DNA of 64,000 bases, taken from assembly GCA_038087875.1 (NCBI GenBank), contig CM075990.1:8806001-8870000 (forward strand). The letters are read 5' to 3'. Below are positions 10,842-21,303 of this stretch, one piece after another. Numbering within the stretch: position 1 is the stretch's first letter; each line of letters opens with the position of its first letter. The stretch is from Malacoraja senta (Eukaryota). A program made the translations under genes and the position numbers. The notes under the pieces are model-generated. The model saw only the letters and a list, made by a program, of their open reading frames with translations, did not search any database and was not told the DNA's origin.

Positions 10842-11960
10842 TCAGAACCGTGCAGATAAGGGTGGCCTTGCCGACCGGGAATAGCATGCTCCCCCATATG
10901 CATGGAGGCGGAAGTCATCAGCAGTAATGTTCTCACCAGATCTTATCTGCTGAAAGAGGCTTAACGACATAACGTTCGCAAACGCCCCCGTGTCTACCTT
11001 GGCAGTAAAGGTCATTCCATTCACAGTAACTCTAACTGATGGATCAGCTATCAAAACATGTGCACCCAAGACTGAAAAAACAAGCGATTCATCATGGGAG
11101 GAGCTGTTATCAGAATCGGGGAGTTCGACTGAAAGGTATTCGGAGCCATAAACACTATCAGTAGCAGTCAGGTTGTGTAGACTCTTTCTCTGAGCAGAGA
11201 CAGGCTGGCCCCTGGAACGGCACACTGCGGAGAAGTGATTAAGCTTCTTACAAAAATTACAAGTCTTACCCAGCGCAGGGCAAACATTAAATTGATGACT
11301 GACAAAGTTGCAGTTTGGGCATCGACGAGGGTTAGCCCTCGCGGGCGCGGGAGTGCTACGCTGGCGTGGCGGGCCATCGCGCCGCGGGCGTTCAGCAGCA
11401 CCGGCATAGTTAATGTCCTGAGCCTCAGGGGGAGATACGGAGTCGACAGCAGCAGCCATGCGAGAGGCATGCAAAGCGTCGTTTAAAGTGAGGTCCGGCT
11501 TTCTCAGAAGCTCTGCCCGTAGCTTCACGTCCTGTAGACCGTGAACTAGGACATCTCTGACCATTTGGTCGGGGGTCAACGTGTCCAGGCGGCAACGCCG
11601 AGCCAGGTGACGCAACGAGGCAATGAAAGTGTCGATGTGCTCCCCGGGTTTCTGGCGCCTGCTGAAAAACTTGAACCGCTCTATAATGCAATTGGTGGGA
11701 ATGTCACAGAGCGCGGCAAATTTATTGGTGAGACATACCGGGTCCTCTGCATGCTCACCATCGGCGTACTCGAAAGATTCAAAACGTTCCATGGCCTCCG
11801 GGCCAGCCAGGTTGAGGAGCAGATGTGCTGTAACCGCAGGGGTAACATTAGGATGAGCGATGGCGACATAGTGCTGGAAGTCGCGCCGGAAGACAGTCCA
11901 CCGGTGAACGATGTCGGAGTCAAACACCAGAATGTCAGGCTTACGACACGAGCTGGCCAT
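10842..11960 (-). CDS. gag: Gypsy gag + aspartic protease (ATG at 11960; frameshift near 10890)
   Basis: ERFKFFSRRQKPGEHIDTFI gag motif, CNFCKKLNHFSAVC knuckle, VDTGA protease active site. Confidence 0.9.
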   Translation of the reverse strand: MASSCRKPDILVFDSDIVHRWTVFRRDFQHYVAIAHPNVTPAVTAHLLLNLAGPEAMERFESFEYADGEHAEDPVCLTNKFAALCDIPTNCIIERFKFFSRRQKPGEHIDTFIASLRHLARRCRLDTLTPDQMVRDVLVHGLQDVKLRAELLRKPDLTLNDALHASRMAAAVDSVSPPEAQDINYAGAAERPRRDGPPRQRSTPAPARANPRRCPNCNFVSHQFNVCPALGKTCNFCKKLNHFSAVCRSRGQPVSAQRKSLHNLTATDSVYGSEYLSVELPDSDNSSSHDESLVFSVLGAHVLIADPSVRVTVNGMTFTAKVDTGAFANVMSLSLFQQIRSGENITADDFRLHAYGGACYSRSARPPLSARF

Positions 11961-12040
11961 AGTACACAAAGGGTTGGAAAGGAAAAATAAAAACTTGGAG
12001 AAAAGGAAACAAACCCGATAAACAGGAGACGCAGGGTTCA

Positions 12041-12054
12041 ACTTTTTGACACCA
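12041..12054 (-). promoter_or_regulatory. Primer-binding site (TGGTGTCAAAAAGT), resembling tRNA-Leu 3' end complement
   Basis: TGG immediately follows the 5' LTR on the minus strand; tRNA identity is inferred. Confidence 0.7.
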
Positions 12055-12254
12055 TGTAAAGACTTGTCAAACACGTAGTCTTCACTCTTAGTTTATTGCA
12101 TACATTGTAGTCGTATACACACATATTGCCCTAGCTGTTCGTGGTCCATTACCGGAGCTAGAGAGCGAGCTAGGGGTGGGAAGGTTACAATTATACTGAA
12201 GATAATGGGGAGTGGTTAGTAGTGGTGAGGTCATTATGTTAAAGGAACATGCAC
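12055..12254 (-). repeat. Gypsy 5' LTR, lacking its outer 9 bp
   Basis: Identical to 7517-7716. Confidence 0.95.
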
Positions 12255-14467
12255 CTTCTTGGGGGGGCGGGCTATTGTCTCTTCCGAGCTCGAAAGAGGA
12301 AATGTGGAGATGATACTAAAGACCCGGGAGAATGTGGCCATAGCGTTGGAGAAGGTGATCTCAGTGGGGGGGGGGGGGGGGTCCACATACAGGTGGATCC
12401 GTGGTATCTAGGGTGCGACCGGTTCTCCTGCGGAGTTGCCCCACATATATTTCGGATGCAACACTTATTCCACACCTGTCTAAGTTTGGGGAGGTGCGGT
12501 CTAAGTGCTTTAGGCTCATGCACCCCGGGGGGGGACCCGGAGGAAATAGGGATCTTCAGTTTCAAGAGGAGGGTGTTCATGAAGGTGGGTGAGGGCGAAG
12601 GTGCGGAGGGGAGCTTCGAGGTGGAGTGTAAGGGTCTCCCTAGAACCGTGCATTGGAGTTGGGGAAAGGCACAGTGTCATGCGTGCGGTGAATTTGGACA
12701 TCTCCGTAGGGAGTGTCTTCTTCACGGGGTCGCTGCTAGAAGTTCTAGTGCAGCGGCCCAGGAATGCACTCCTGGCCCATCCGGGGTGGCTCATCATGCC
12801 TCGGTGGCGCGGGGTGGTACTGCTGACCTGGCTAGGGCTGCTAGCTCAGCCTCGGTGATCTGGGGCGGCAGTGATAGCCCATCTGGGGCTGCAAGTTCCG
12901 CCTTGGGGACCCGGGGCAGAGATGGCCCCCGCCCCCTAAGTCCTGAACCTGTGGAGGGGGTGGTGGCTGATGGTGAGGCGCAGGGAGAGGATGAAGAGGG
13001 GGAGGGTGGAGAGGGGGAGGGTGGAGAGGGGGAGGGGAATTGGGAGCTGCAGAAGAAGAAGAAGAGGAGGAAAAAGCCCACCCAAGCGAGTCAAACGGAA
13101 TCTGTCAGCTCCAGTGAGGTCCAGAGTGCACTTGCCATGGCCCAGCAAGGAGCTGAGGTGGTTCAGGTGGGGGTAGGGATGGTAAATCGTGTGGGTGGTA
13201 AAGTGGCTGGGGGTAGTGTGGAGGAGGAAGACCCTTCCTTTATGGAGGTCACCGTACCGCCACTTGCTAGTGGGACAAAAAGGAGGTTTGGGCCTAGCGA
13301 GGAAGAGCAAGGGCGTGAGTCCAAAGTTAGGGGGTTGACTTTTTCCAGACCTTCCACCACTGATGTGGTTGGTTGAAAAGAACTGGTGTCCTCCGGGTTG
13401 GAGATTGAGCCTCCATTTCAGGGATCTTCCGTGGGGATTACAAGACCGGGTGATGGGGTTGATTCCTCTGGAGTTGTGTCCTATGAGCGGGTGGATGTCC
13501 CTTCATCTCAGGGGCCCTCCGAGGGAGTTATCTCATCGGGTGGTGAGGTTAGCTCCCCTGGTTGTGTGTCCTCTGGGTCGGAGGAGGTCCCCTCATTTCA
13601 GAGGCCTATTGAGGGTGTTGGCACATCAGATGATGGGGTAGGCGCCCTTAGTAGTGTGCCCCCTGAGACGGGGGATGAGCAGAGTCAGCCCGAGGGGGGT
13701 GGGTCGAGGGCAGTGGTGTACCAGTCTGTGCTCCTCATCAGAGCCAGTGGAGGTAATGGGGGTGTGCTGCCTCGCCGGCAGAGTTGGTAGGGGAGAGTTT
13801 AAAAGGAAGTGGAGAGCCTCTGGGTGGTGCCAGTGGAGGGGATGCTATAGGTGCTGTGGAGGTCGGGGCTAGTTCAGGTGGTGATCTCCTTTCAGATTCC
13901 GGGGTTCCCAGTGTATCACAGGCCCTGGGTGTGCCTAGTGTTTTTTCTTCCCCAGGCCCAGACGTAGAGGGTGATGGTAGAGTGCAGGTGCCCAGCCATT
14001 CAGTGGGCTGCCTGTTGCAGTCAGGGGTTTCGGGACCCTTCCCCGGCATTGATCCTGGGGGTGGTGTCTTGCTGGAAGAGGGGGAGAGTGATAAGGCCAG
14101 TTTGAGTAGTGGAATTAACAAACTTTCAGAGAGTTCTGGTCTTTCGATTTCTGACAACGACCTTGAGCTTGCTGTTGCAGGTGCGAGTGAGTTGGCCGAG
14201 TGCCCAGGCTCCAAGGCCGAGTCTCATGCAAGTGATATCCGTGAGGTTCGAGAATTCCTAAAAATAAGCCGTACCACCAGAACAAAAATGGATGCTGCTA
14301 AAAGACGGTGGGTTGATCTGCCAGTTTTGATTAAGACTCTCGAGGCTATCCTTGGCAACAAGGGTAGTGATCTTCCTGACTCTGAGAAGAGCCGGTTTGG
14401 GGACTTTTTGGTGTTCCTCAGAGAGAGAGTTGTTGAGTCTGCGGGGAGTGTGAGGGTCTCAATCTAG
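12255..14467 (+). pseudogene. Tx1 ORF1 remainder (zinc knuckle, acidic/Gly-Ser-rich region), with frameshifts and stops
   Basis: Track ORFs 12249-13376, 13386-13790 and 13784-14467 are pieces of one ORF1. Confidence 0.8.
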
Positions 14468-16752
14468 TGTGCCTGCACATTCACAGTCACAACATTAAAC
14501 TTAAACGGGAGTAGAGCGAGTTTTCGTAGATTTCAGCTTTTATCAGTCCTTAAAGAGGGGAGATTTGCAGTGTGTTTTCTGCAGGAGACGCATACCGTTG
14601 TTAGTGATGAACCTACATGGAGACTGGAGTGGGAAGGGGGGGTCTACATGAGCCATCTCAGCTCGAATTCGAGTGGGGTGGCCTTTCAGTTGGCCCAGAA
14701 TTTCCTGCCAAATGTTCTAAAAGTGCAAGAGGTTGTGCCAGGAAGTTTGCTCCATCTGGCCGTGAGCCTGGATGGCATGCCGTTGCATTTCATTAACGTG
14801 TATGCCCCTAGCTCCGGTACGATGCAGGCTGGCCTAATTCAGGAGGCGACTGCTTTGTTGAGCACTATTGATAGGGAAGAGTGTGTCTTCCTTGGTGGGG
14901 ACTTTAATTGCACACTTGAGGCGTGAGACCGTTCTGGTACTCAGTGTGCCCCTGCTGTAGCGAAGAAGCTGAGAGGTTTGATTGACTCCTTTGAGCTGGT
15001 TGATGCGTGGCGGAACCTCCACCCGGATTCCACTGCTTTTTCGCGGAGGTCTGAGGGAGGTGGTTCCCGTATTAATCGAATATACATTTCCCGAGCGTTT
15101 GTTTCCCGTGTCTCAGCGGCCTCAATGCAGTTGGTGCTGTGTTCGGACCACTGTCTGGTGCGTGTGGACTTTAATTCGGCACGCACTCGGGCTGGGTCCG
15201 CGTACTGGCACTTTAACAACCGGCTGCTGGAGGATCGGTGTTTCTGGGAGTCATTCAGTCGGTTTTGGATGAAGTGGAGAGAGAGGCAGAGGTGCTTCTC
15301 TTCCCTTAGGCAGTGGTGGGATGTGGGGAAGGCTCACGTCCGTCTCTTTTGTAAGGAGTATACGTGGGGGTCGACCGGACGGCGGGACTCAACGGTCGAG
15401 AGGTTTGAGAGGGAGCTACTGGGCGCAGAATCTCGCCTGGGTCGGGTTGGTGATGATTCCTGTGAATGGGGAGAGTTTCAGAAGAAGAAGGAAGCCTTGA
15501 GGAACCTGCTGCTTGAGCGGTCCCGAGGCGCTTTCGTGAGGTCACGGGTCCAGATGATGCAAGATCTGGACCGAGCTTCGCCTTTCTTTTTCTCTCTGGA
15601 GAAAGGGCGGGGAGCACGCAAACAGCTCGTAGAGCTGCTCGCAGATGATGGCTCCTCTGTCACTGATCCGGAGAGGATCAGTGCTGTGGTCAGGTCCTTT
15701 TATGGGTCCCTGTTCTCCGCAGGGGGATTCAACGGGGAGGCTCAGCAGGACTTGTGGGAGGGTCTACCGACTGTTGATATGGAGGTGGCCGATCTTCTTG
15801 ATGGCCCCTTATCTTTGGTGGAGTTGACTCGTGCATTGTATCAGCTCAGGAAGGGTAAGTCCCCTGGGCTGGATGGGTTGACGGTAGAGTTTGTCAGGCT
15901 GCGGGAGTGGCCGGTCCTCACCCAGTCATGGCGGGTGTCGAGGAGAGGCGCGCGCCTAGAGTGGTTCTGACTGAGCTTTCACCCGCTCCGTCAGATCTGC
16001 TCACCGGGCCTAGGCTCCGGGATATTTCTCGGGCACCGGCTCTACACAACCTGAGCCGCCTTTCTGAGATGATCAGCATACCGTTTCGTGATGCGAAGAG
16101 ACGCACACTGTACCGAATGTTCCTGCACATTCTGCACCTCCTTGCCTTCGTTTCCCATCCTGACACACCATGGCGGATGGTGTTACCACCTGAAGGCGGG
16201 GGAGGTCCCCAGTGGGGGTCCTTCTATAAGGGAGTTGTCCCCCTTTACATTGGGGACCTGGGGTGGAGACTGTTGCACGGAGCGGTGGTTTGTAATAATC
16301 TTTTGAGTAGGTTCACGGGCTCGTCAGCCGTGTGTTTTTTCAGTGGCGAGGAAGAGACCGTGTTCCACGTGTACATGGAGTGTGAGAGGCTACTGCCTCT
16401 GTACCAATATCTGAAGGGGTTGTTCCTCAAGTTCTGGTTGCATTTTAGTCCCACGATTCTAGTGTTTGGGCACAAGGCAGGGTGTGGGGAGAGCCAAGTG
16501 GGGGGGTGGGACCTCCCTGTCGGTTTGCTCCTGGGCTTGGCCAAGATGGCCATTCGTGGGTCCAGGCAGCAGGCGGTCGATGGTGAGGCTAGAGTTGGCT
16601 GCCTGCCCCTCTTCAGGGCGTACGTCCATGCATGGGTGTCCCTGGAGAGGGAACACGCAGTGTCCACGGGGACTCTGGAGGCCTTCCGTGGGCGCTGGTC
16701 ACCACGTGGGATTGAGAGTATCGTAAATAATGAATGTACTGTTGTACTATAA
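14468..16752 (+). pseudogene. Tx1 ORF2: APE endonuclease + linker + C-terminal zinc domain; stop at 14924-14926; RT deleted near 15895
   Basis: Motifs as above; KSPGLDGLTVEFV is not followed by any RT motif (no QG/YADD). Confidence 0.85.
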
Positions 16753-17402
16753 TGATTTTTGATATAATGTATTTTTTGATTATGTATTGATGTGTTGTAT
16801 CATATGATTGTGTCGAATAAAGTTTTTGAAAAGGAAAAAAAAAAAAGGAAAAAAAAGAGAGATAGAGAGAGAAAATGTATTTTTTTTATTCAGTCTTTGG
16901 ATGACAACTTGACAACTTGAAATGTTTTATGTTAGAATCATGAGAGTCTTCGGCTAGAGTAGGAACCTTTAAAAGAACAACCATCACAAGAAGGAGGGCC
17001 CTGTGTGTGAGGCTCAGAGAAGACTACCCCTGCACCAGCAGAGTGAATCTGGCCAATTCCATCACACGGGTAACATTTGAGTCTTGGGATTTAGTATAGG
17101 ACGTGAAAAGCTGGAACCGCAAATAATTTCTAATATGAAGTTATTAGAAAGCAGTGATTTGCATGCCTGCTTAAGTAACTTGAGTTCTAATAAAGATTAA
17201 GTTATACTAAACCGTGATTTAATGCCCGCTATATGGAATAATGTTAACATGACCATGTTTGTTGTCTCACTATCCATTGAGTTGAGTTATGGGACTGGAT
17301 ATTTCAGTTACAGAATACTTAATTTTATTAAAGGTCCTGTCTGTGTCTATTCTATCCTCGGGAATAAAATCTAAAGAAACCACTCAGATGTGACTATCTT
17401 CA

Positions 17403-17405
<3 letters not shown>

Positions 17406-17446
<41 letters not shown>
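17406..17446. repeat. (TA)n microsatellite
   Basis: Direct sequence. Confidence 0.95.
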
Positions 17447-17447
<1 letters not shown>

Positions 17448-17799
17448 TTGATAGGATCAGACTTTGAATATTATGTACACTTTTGATCTCCTCACCTGAG
17501 AAGATATGAACTTGCCATTGTGGAAGAACAGCAAAGGTTGAACAGACTGATTCCTGAGATGGCGGCACTGTCACAAGAGGAGAGATTTGTTGAAGATAGA
17601 CGCAAAGTGCTGGAGTAACTCAACAGGTCAGGCAGCATCACTGTAGGAAAAAAAATTGATGACATTTCAGGTTGGAACCCTTCTTCAGACAGACAGACAG
17701 AAGTTTGTTGAACTGACTTGCTTCCCCTAGCTAGGGGTATCCAGAACCAGAAGTCACAGTAAATCATAGGCCACTGGGGAAAATTGTAGAACTGAGAGA

Positions 17800-18770
17800 C
17801 CTAGGACTGGATTCCTAGCTCCATGAAAGTGGTGACTCAGATACACAAACAAGGTGGTGAAGAAGGCATTTGGCATGCTTGCTCAGTCAGGGTGCTGAAT
17901 ACCAGAGTTTGAATATCATGATACAGCTGTGCAAGATGTTGGTAAGGTCACATAAGGTCTTGTGTACGAATCTGGTAGCCCTGCTCCAGGAAGGATGTCA
18001 TTAAACTGGAAAGGATGTAAAAACATTTACGAGGATTTTACTGGGTCTAGCGGACTGAGTTATAACGAGAGCTGGATAGGCTGGGAGTATTTTCCCTGGA
18101 GCAGAAGAGGCTCAGGGGTGACCTTATAGACATGTACCATATCGTGGGGAGCATAAATAAGGAACCACAGTCTTTTCCCCAGGGGTAAGGAAGTCTAAAA
18201 GTAGTGGGCATAGATTTAAGGTGAGAAGGGAAAGATGTACAAAGGACCTGAGGGGCAACTTTTTCATACAGATGATGGTGTGTATACGGAACACATTGCA
18301 AGCTGCATGGTAGAGGCATGTACAACTACAATACATTAACAGACACATGGATAGGTACATAGATAGGAACGGTTTGCAGAGGTATAACCAAGTGGGACTC
18401 ACTTGATTAGGCAAATTGGTCAGCATGGATGAGTTAGGGTGAAGGACACATATTCGTGCTGCATAGCTCCAATATTCCAGAGCTCTGTGATGTTCAGTCT
18501 GAAGATAATGAATAAGTCATTTAGGGCAGAGACAAGGAAAAAGGTCTTCAGCCAGACCGTGGTAAACTATGGAATTCTCCACCACAGACAACTGTGGAGG
18601 CCAAGTCATTGAACGTATTTATAAAGGAGGAAGATAGAATTTTGGACACCAAAGGGTTTGAGGAGACAGCAGGAATATTGTACTGAGATAGAAGATCAGC
18701 CAGGATTGTACTGATGAGCAACACGGGCTCGAAAGGCTGAATGGGCAAGTCCTATTCTTTATGTTCTATA
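17800..18770 (+). mobile_element. Decayed CR1 LINE 3' fragments (two adjacent)
   Basis: Similar to the 3' part of the CR1 at 21276-22450 (e.g. TCCCTGGAGCAGAAGAGGCTCAGGGGTGACCTTATAGA). Confidence 0.75.
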
Positions 18771-19198
18771 TAAAGCGTGGCGATGCAACGGTGTGCTACA
18801 GGAGGAAATCATTTTGCTGATAGAAAACAATTGTTTTTTCTCTTTAAAATAGGGAACAGAGACCTTCAGAAAATCTAAACAATCAGAAGACAATGAAGCG
18901 AGAAAAAGAGCGACAAAGAGAAGGAAAGAGAGGTGAAAAGGAAGAATGCTGAAGATCGTGCTTTCGTTTAAATTTAATTTTGAATGCGTTCATTGTTGTT
19001 TTAATTTGCACGACACCTCAATGTTACAAATGCCAAAAGGAATAGCCATGAAAAAACAGATCTTGTCACACTAATTTTTAATGATCAGGTACTGAGTAAA
19101 TCATTACCATTTCAATGCAAGTATGGAGTCAATAAATCTACAGAAAAACAGCGATTGGGTGCCAAAGGATGTCTTCAGAGATACTGGATGGAGTATTA

Positions 19199-19672
19199 AG
19201 GGCCTGTCCCACGAGCATGAGACTGCATGCGGCAAGCGCGACCAAACCGGAAGCGGGGGCCGCGCGGCGGTCGAGTGATCCCCGTACAGGGCCGGTCCCA
19301 CCAGCATGCGACTGCATGCGGCGAGCGCGACCAAACCGGAAGCGGGGGCCGCGCGGAGGTCGAGTGAGTGACGTGAAGTTCGAGCGAAGTCCGTGGGAAG
19401 TTCGCGCGTGATGTACGGCGTCAAGACGCTGTGCACGCCCGTCGAGGCGGTGCGTACAGCGTCGAGGCGGCTGCACGCCGGCAGGCTGTTGTCGCACGGA
19501 ATTTTTGAACAGTCAGTTTTTCGGAGCCCCGGGCGATGTCGGGACCAGCTCCGCTCAACTCCATACGGTTCCGGCGATCGAAGTGGGACCGGCCCCGCGA
19601 GGCCGTACGGCTCAAGCGACCACGCTAAGTCGCGCTTGCCTCATGTAGTCGCATGCTCGTGGGACAGGCCCT
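19199..19672. mobile_element. PIF/Harbinger-type MITE, GC-rich, 474 bp
   Basis: TIRs AGGGCCTGTCCCACGAGCATG / CATGCTCGTGGGACAGGCCCT; TTA on both sides. Confidence 0.9.
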
Positions 19673-20098
19673 TTAGGGATAATCTACCAATGCTCAAGGA
19701 ACTGTATGGTGACACTGTACATAGGAACCATCCGTGGTTGAAATCAGATCAACCTGTAGCAACAGCAGCACAGGGGAGAAGCCATTGAGATTCGACAACA
19801 TCTACAATCATCTGTCATGCCACACTAGTTTTGTTTTCAGGAAAACATCATTAACAATCATTAATTCCAGGACCATCAATATAGTGAGTGTTGTACAGCA
19901 TGCAAACTGGGTTACTGGCATGCAGCGCACCAGAGAGACCTCAAACCCTGCAGGGCACGGCCATCGACCTCAATTAGCAGTCATTGCTCATTTTCACTTT
20001 GCTCCAATGTCAATTCTCCAATGCAAAGGCAGCCTGCAGAGAGTAGAGGCCCGGTTCAATGCTGATTGGTGTCCACTAGCTGCAGTCCTACCAGGGCA

Positions 20099-20186
20099 GG
20101 TACACAAAAATGCTGGAGAAACTCAGCGGGTGCAGCAGCATTTATGGAGCAAAGGAAATAGGCAATGTTTCGGGCCGAAACCCTTC
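20099..20186 (-). mobile_element. Short Penelope-derived insert with 14-bp target duplication
   Basis: GTCCTACCAGGGCA at 20085-20098 and 20187-20200. Confidence 0.8.
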
Positions 20187-20733
20187 GTCCTACCAGGGCA
20201 TCTGTGCACTCCAGTATCCTACAAGAAGATGGAGGCACAAGGAACTGCAGATGCTGGTTTACCAAAATAAAAGACACAAAGTGCTGGAGTAACTCAGCAT
20301 GTCAGGCAACGATCTCTTGATCATTTCTAAATGTCACCGCTCCGTGTAAAGGAAATAAATCCCATTGATGTAAACTCTGTCAAGGCCTTCAACTTTCCAA
20401 ACTTCCTCATAACTAAGAAAGTCTTTCAGTAAAAACAGAAAGTGCTGAAGTAACTCAGCAGGTTGGGTAGCATCCATGGAGAACATGGAGGGGTGATGTT
20501 TCATATGGGAACCCTTTTTCTAGAAGGGTCCTGACCTGAACATAGATAGAACTCTATCCATGTCCTTCAGGGATGCTGCCTGACCCGCGGTTTGTACCTT
20601 TTTTACCTACAGGACGATCCTTGTTAGCAATCATACCCCTCCCTCACCTACTAAAGTACTCAATATTCCAAGTATCCACTAGGGTAATTGATGAAGATAA
20701 AGCGTTGGATGTTGTTTATATGGACATCAGTAA

Positions 20734-21272
20734 AGGGCCTGTCCCACGGGCATGTGACTCCATGCGGATAGCGCGACCTAACCGCAAGCGGGGGCCATGC
20801 GGGGTCCGCGCGGAGGTCGCGGGGCCGGTCCCACTTCGATCGCCGGAGCCGTTTGGAGTTGTGCGGAGCTGGTCCCGACATCGCGTGGGGCTCTGAAAAA
20901 CTGACACTGTTCAAAAATTCCATGCGGCAATGGACTGCCGCCCCGCAGCCGCATCGAAGCCCGTGCGCGCCGCATCGACGGCTGTGCGCACCGCCTCAAG
21001 GCCGTGCGCACCACCTTGACGCCGGACGCAGCCGCATCGAGGCCGTGCGCACCGCCTCAACAGCTGTGCGCACCGCCTCGCCGCCGTACGCACCGTCTTG
21101 ATGTCACTCGACCTCCGCGCGGCCCCCGCTTCCAATTTGGTAGCGATTGCCGCATGCCGCCGCATGCTGGTGGGACCGGCCCTGTAAGGGGATCACTTGA
21201 CCTCCGCGCGGCCCCCGCTTGCGGTTAGGTCGCGCTTGCCGCATGGAGTCGCATGCCCGTGGGACAGGCCCT
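20734..21272. mobile_element. PIF/Harbinger-type MITE, same family as 19199-19672
   Basis: TIRs AGGGCCTGTCCCACGGGCATG; flanks TAA/TTA; splits the CR1 RT reading frame. Confidence 0.9.
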
Positions 21273-21303
21273 TTAGGCCTTTGACAAGGTTCCACATGGA
21301 AAG

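Larger units (their letters stand above)
7517..12254 (-). mobile_element. Ty3/Gypsy LTR retrotransposon, near full length, recent
   Basis: Two LTRs identical over 200 bp, PBS, PPT, gag-PR-RT-RNaseH-IN domain order. Confidence 0.97.
6821..16856 (+). mobile_element. Tx1-clade LINE (5'UTR to poly(A)), interrupted by Gypsy at 7517-12254; RT domain deleted
   Basis: ORF1 with CCHC knuckle; ORF2 APE endonuclease motifs (TLNLNG, LQETH, INVYAP, LGGDFN, SDH), WHFNN, KSPGLDGL, C-terminal ETVFHVYMEC; AATAAA and poly(A) at ~16816-16856. Confidence 0.9.

Noticed and set aside
7865..11990. Many overlapping and antisense ORFs within the Gypsy element
   Set aside because: Shadow frames of GC-rich gag-pol; only the first ~70 residues of 10522-10887 belong to the real polyprotein
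18853..18931. Possible exon (AG...GT, Lys/Arg-rich)
   Set aside because: Weak donor (GTGAAA), purine-rich low complexity, no recognisable protein
19841..19883. Possible micro-exon (TTTTCAG...GTGAGT)
   Set aside because: About 43 nt, no recognisable peptide and no partner exons
19104..21295. Cluster of short ORFs in GC-rich patches
   Set aside because: They lie within MITEs and have no transposase motifs
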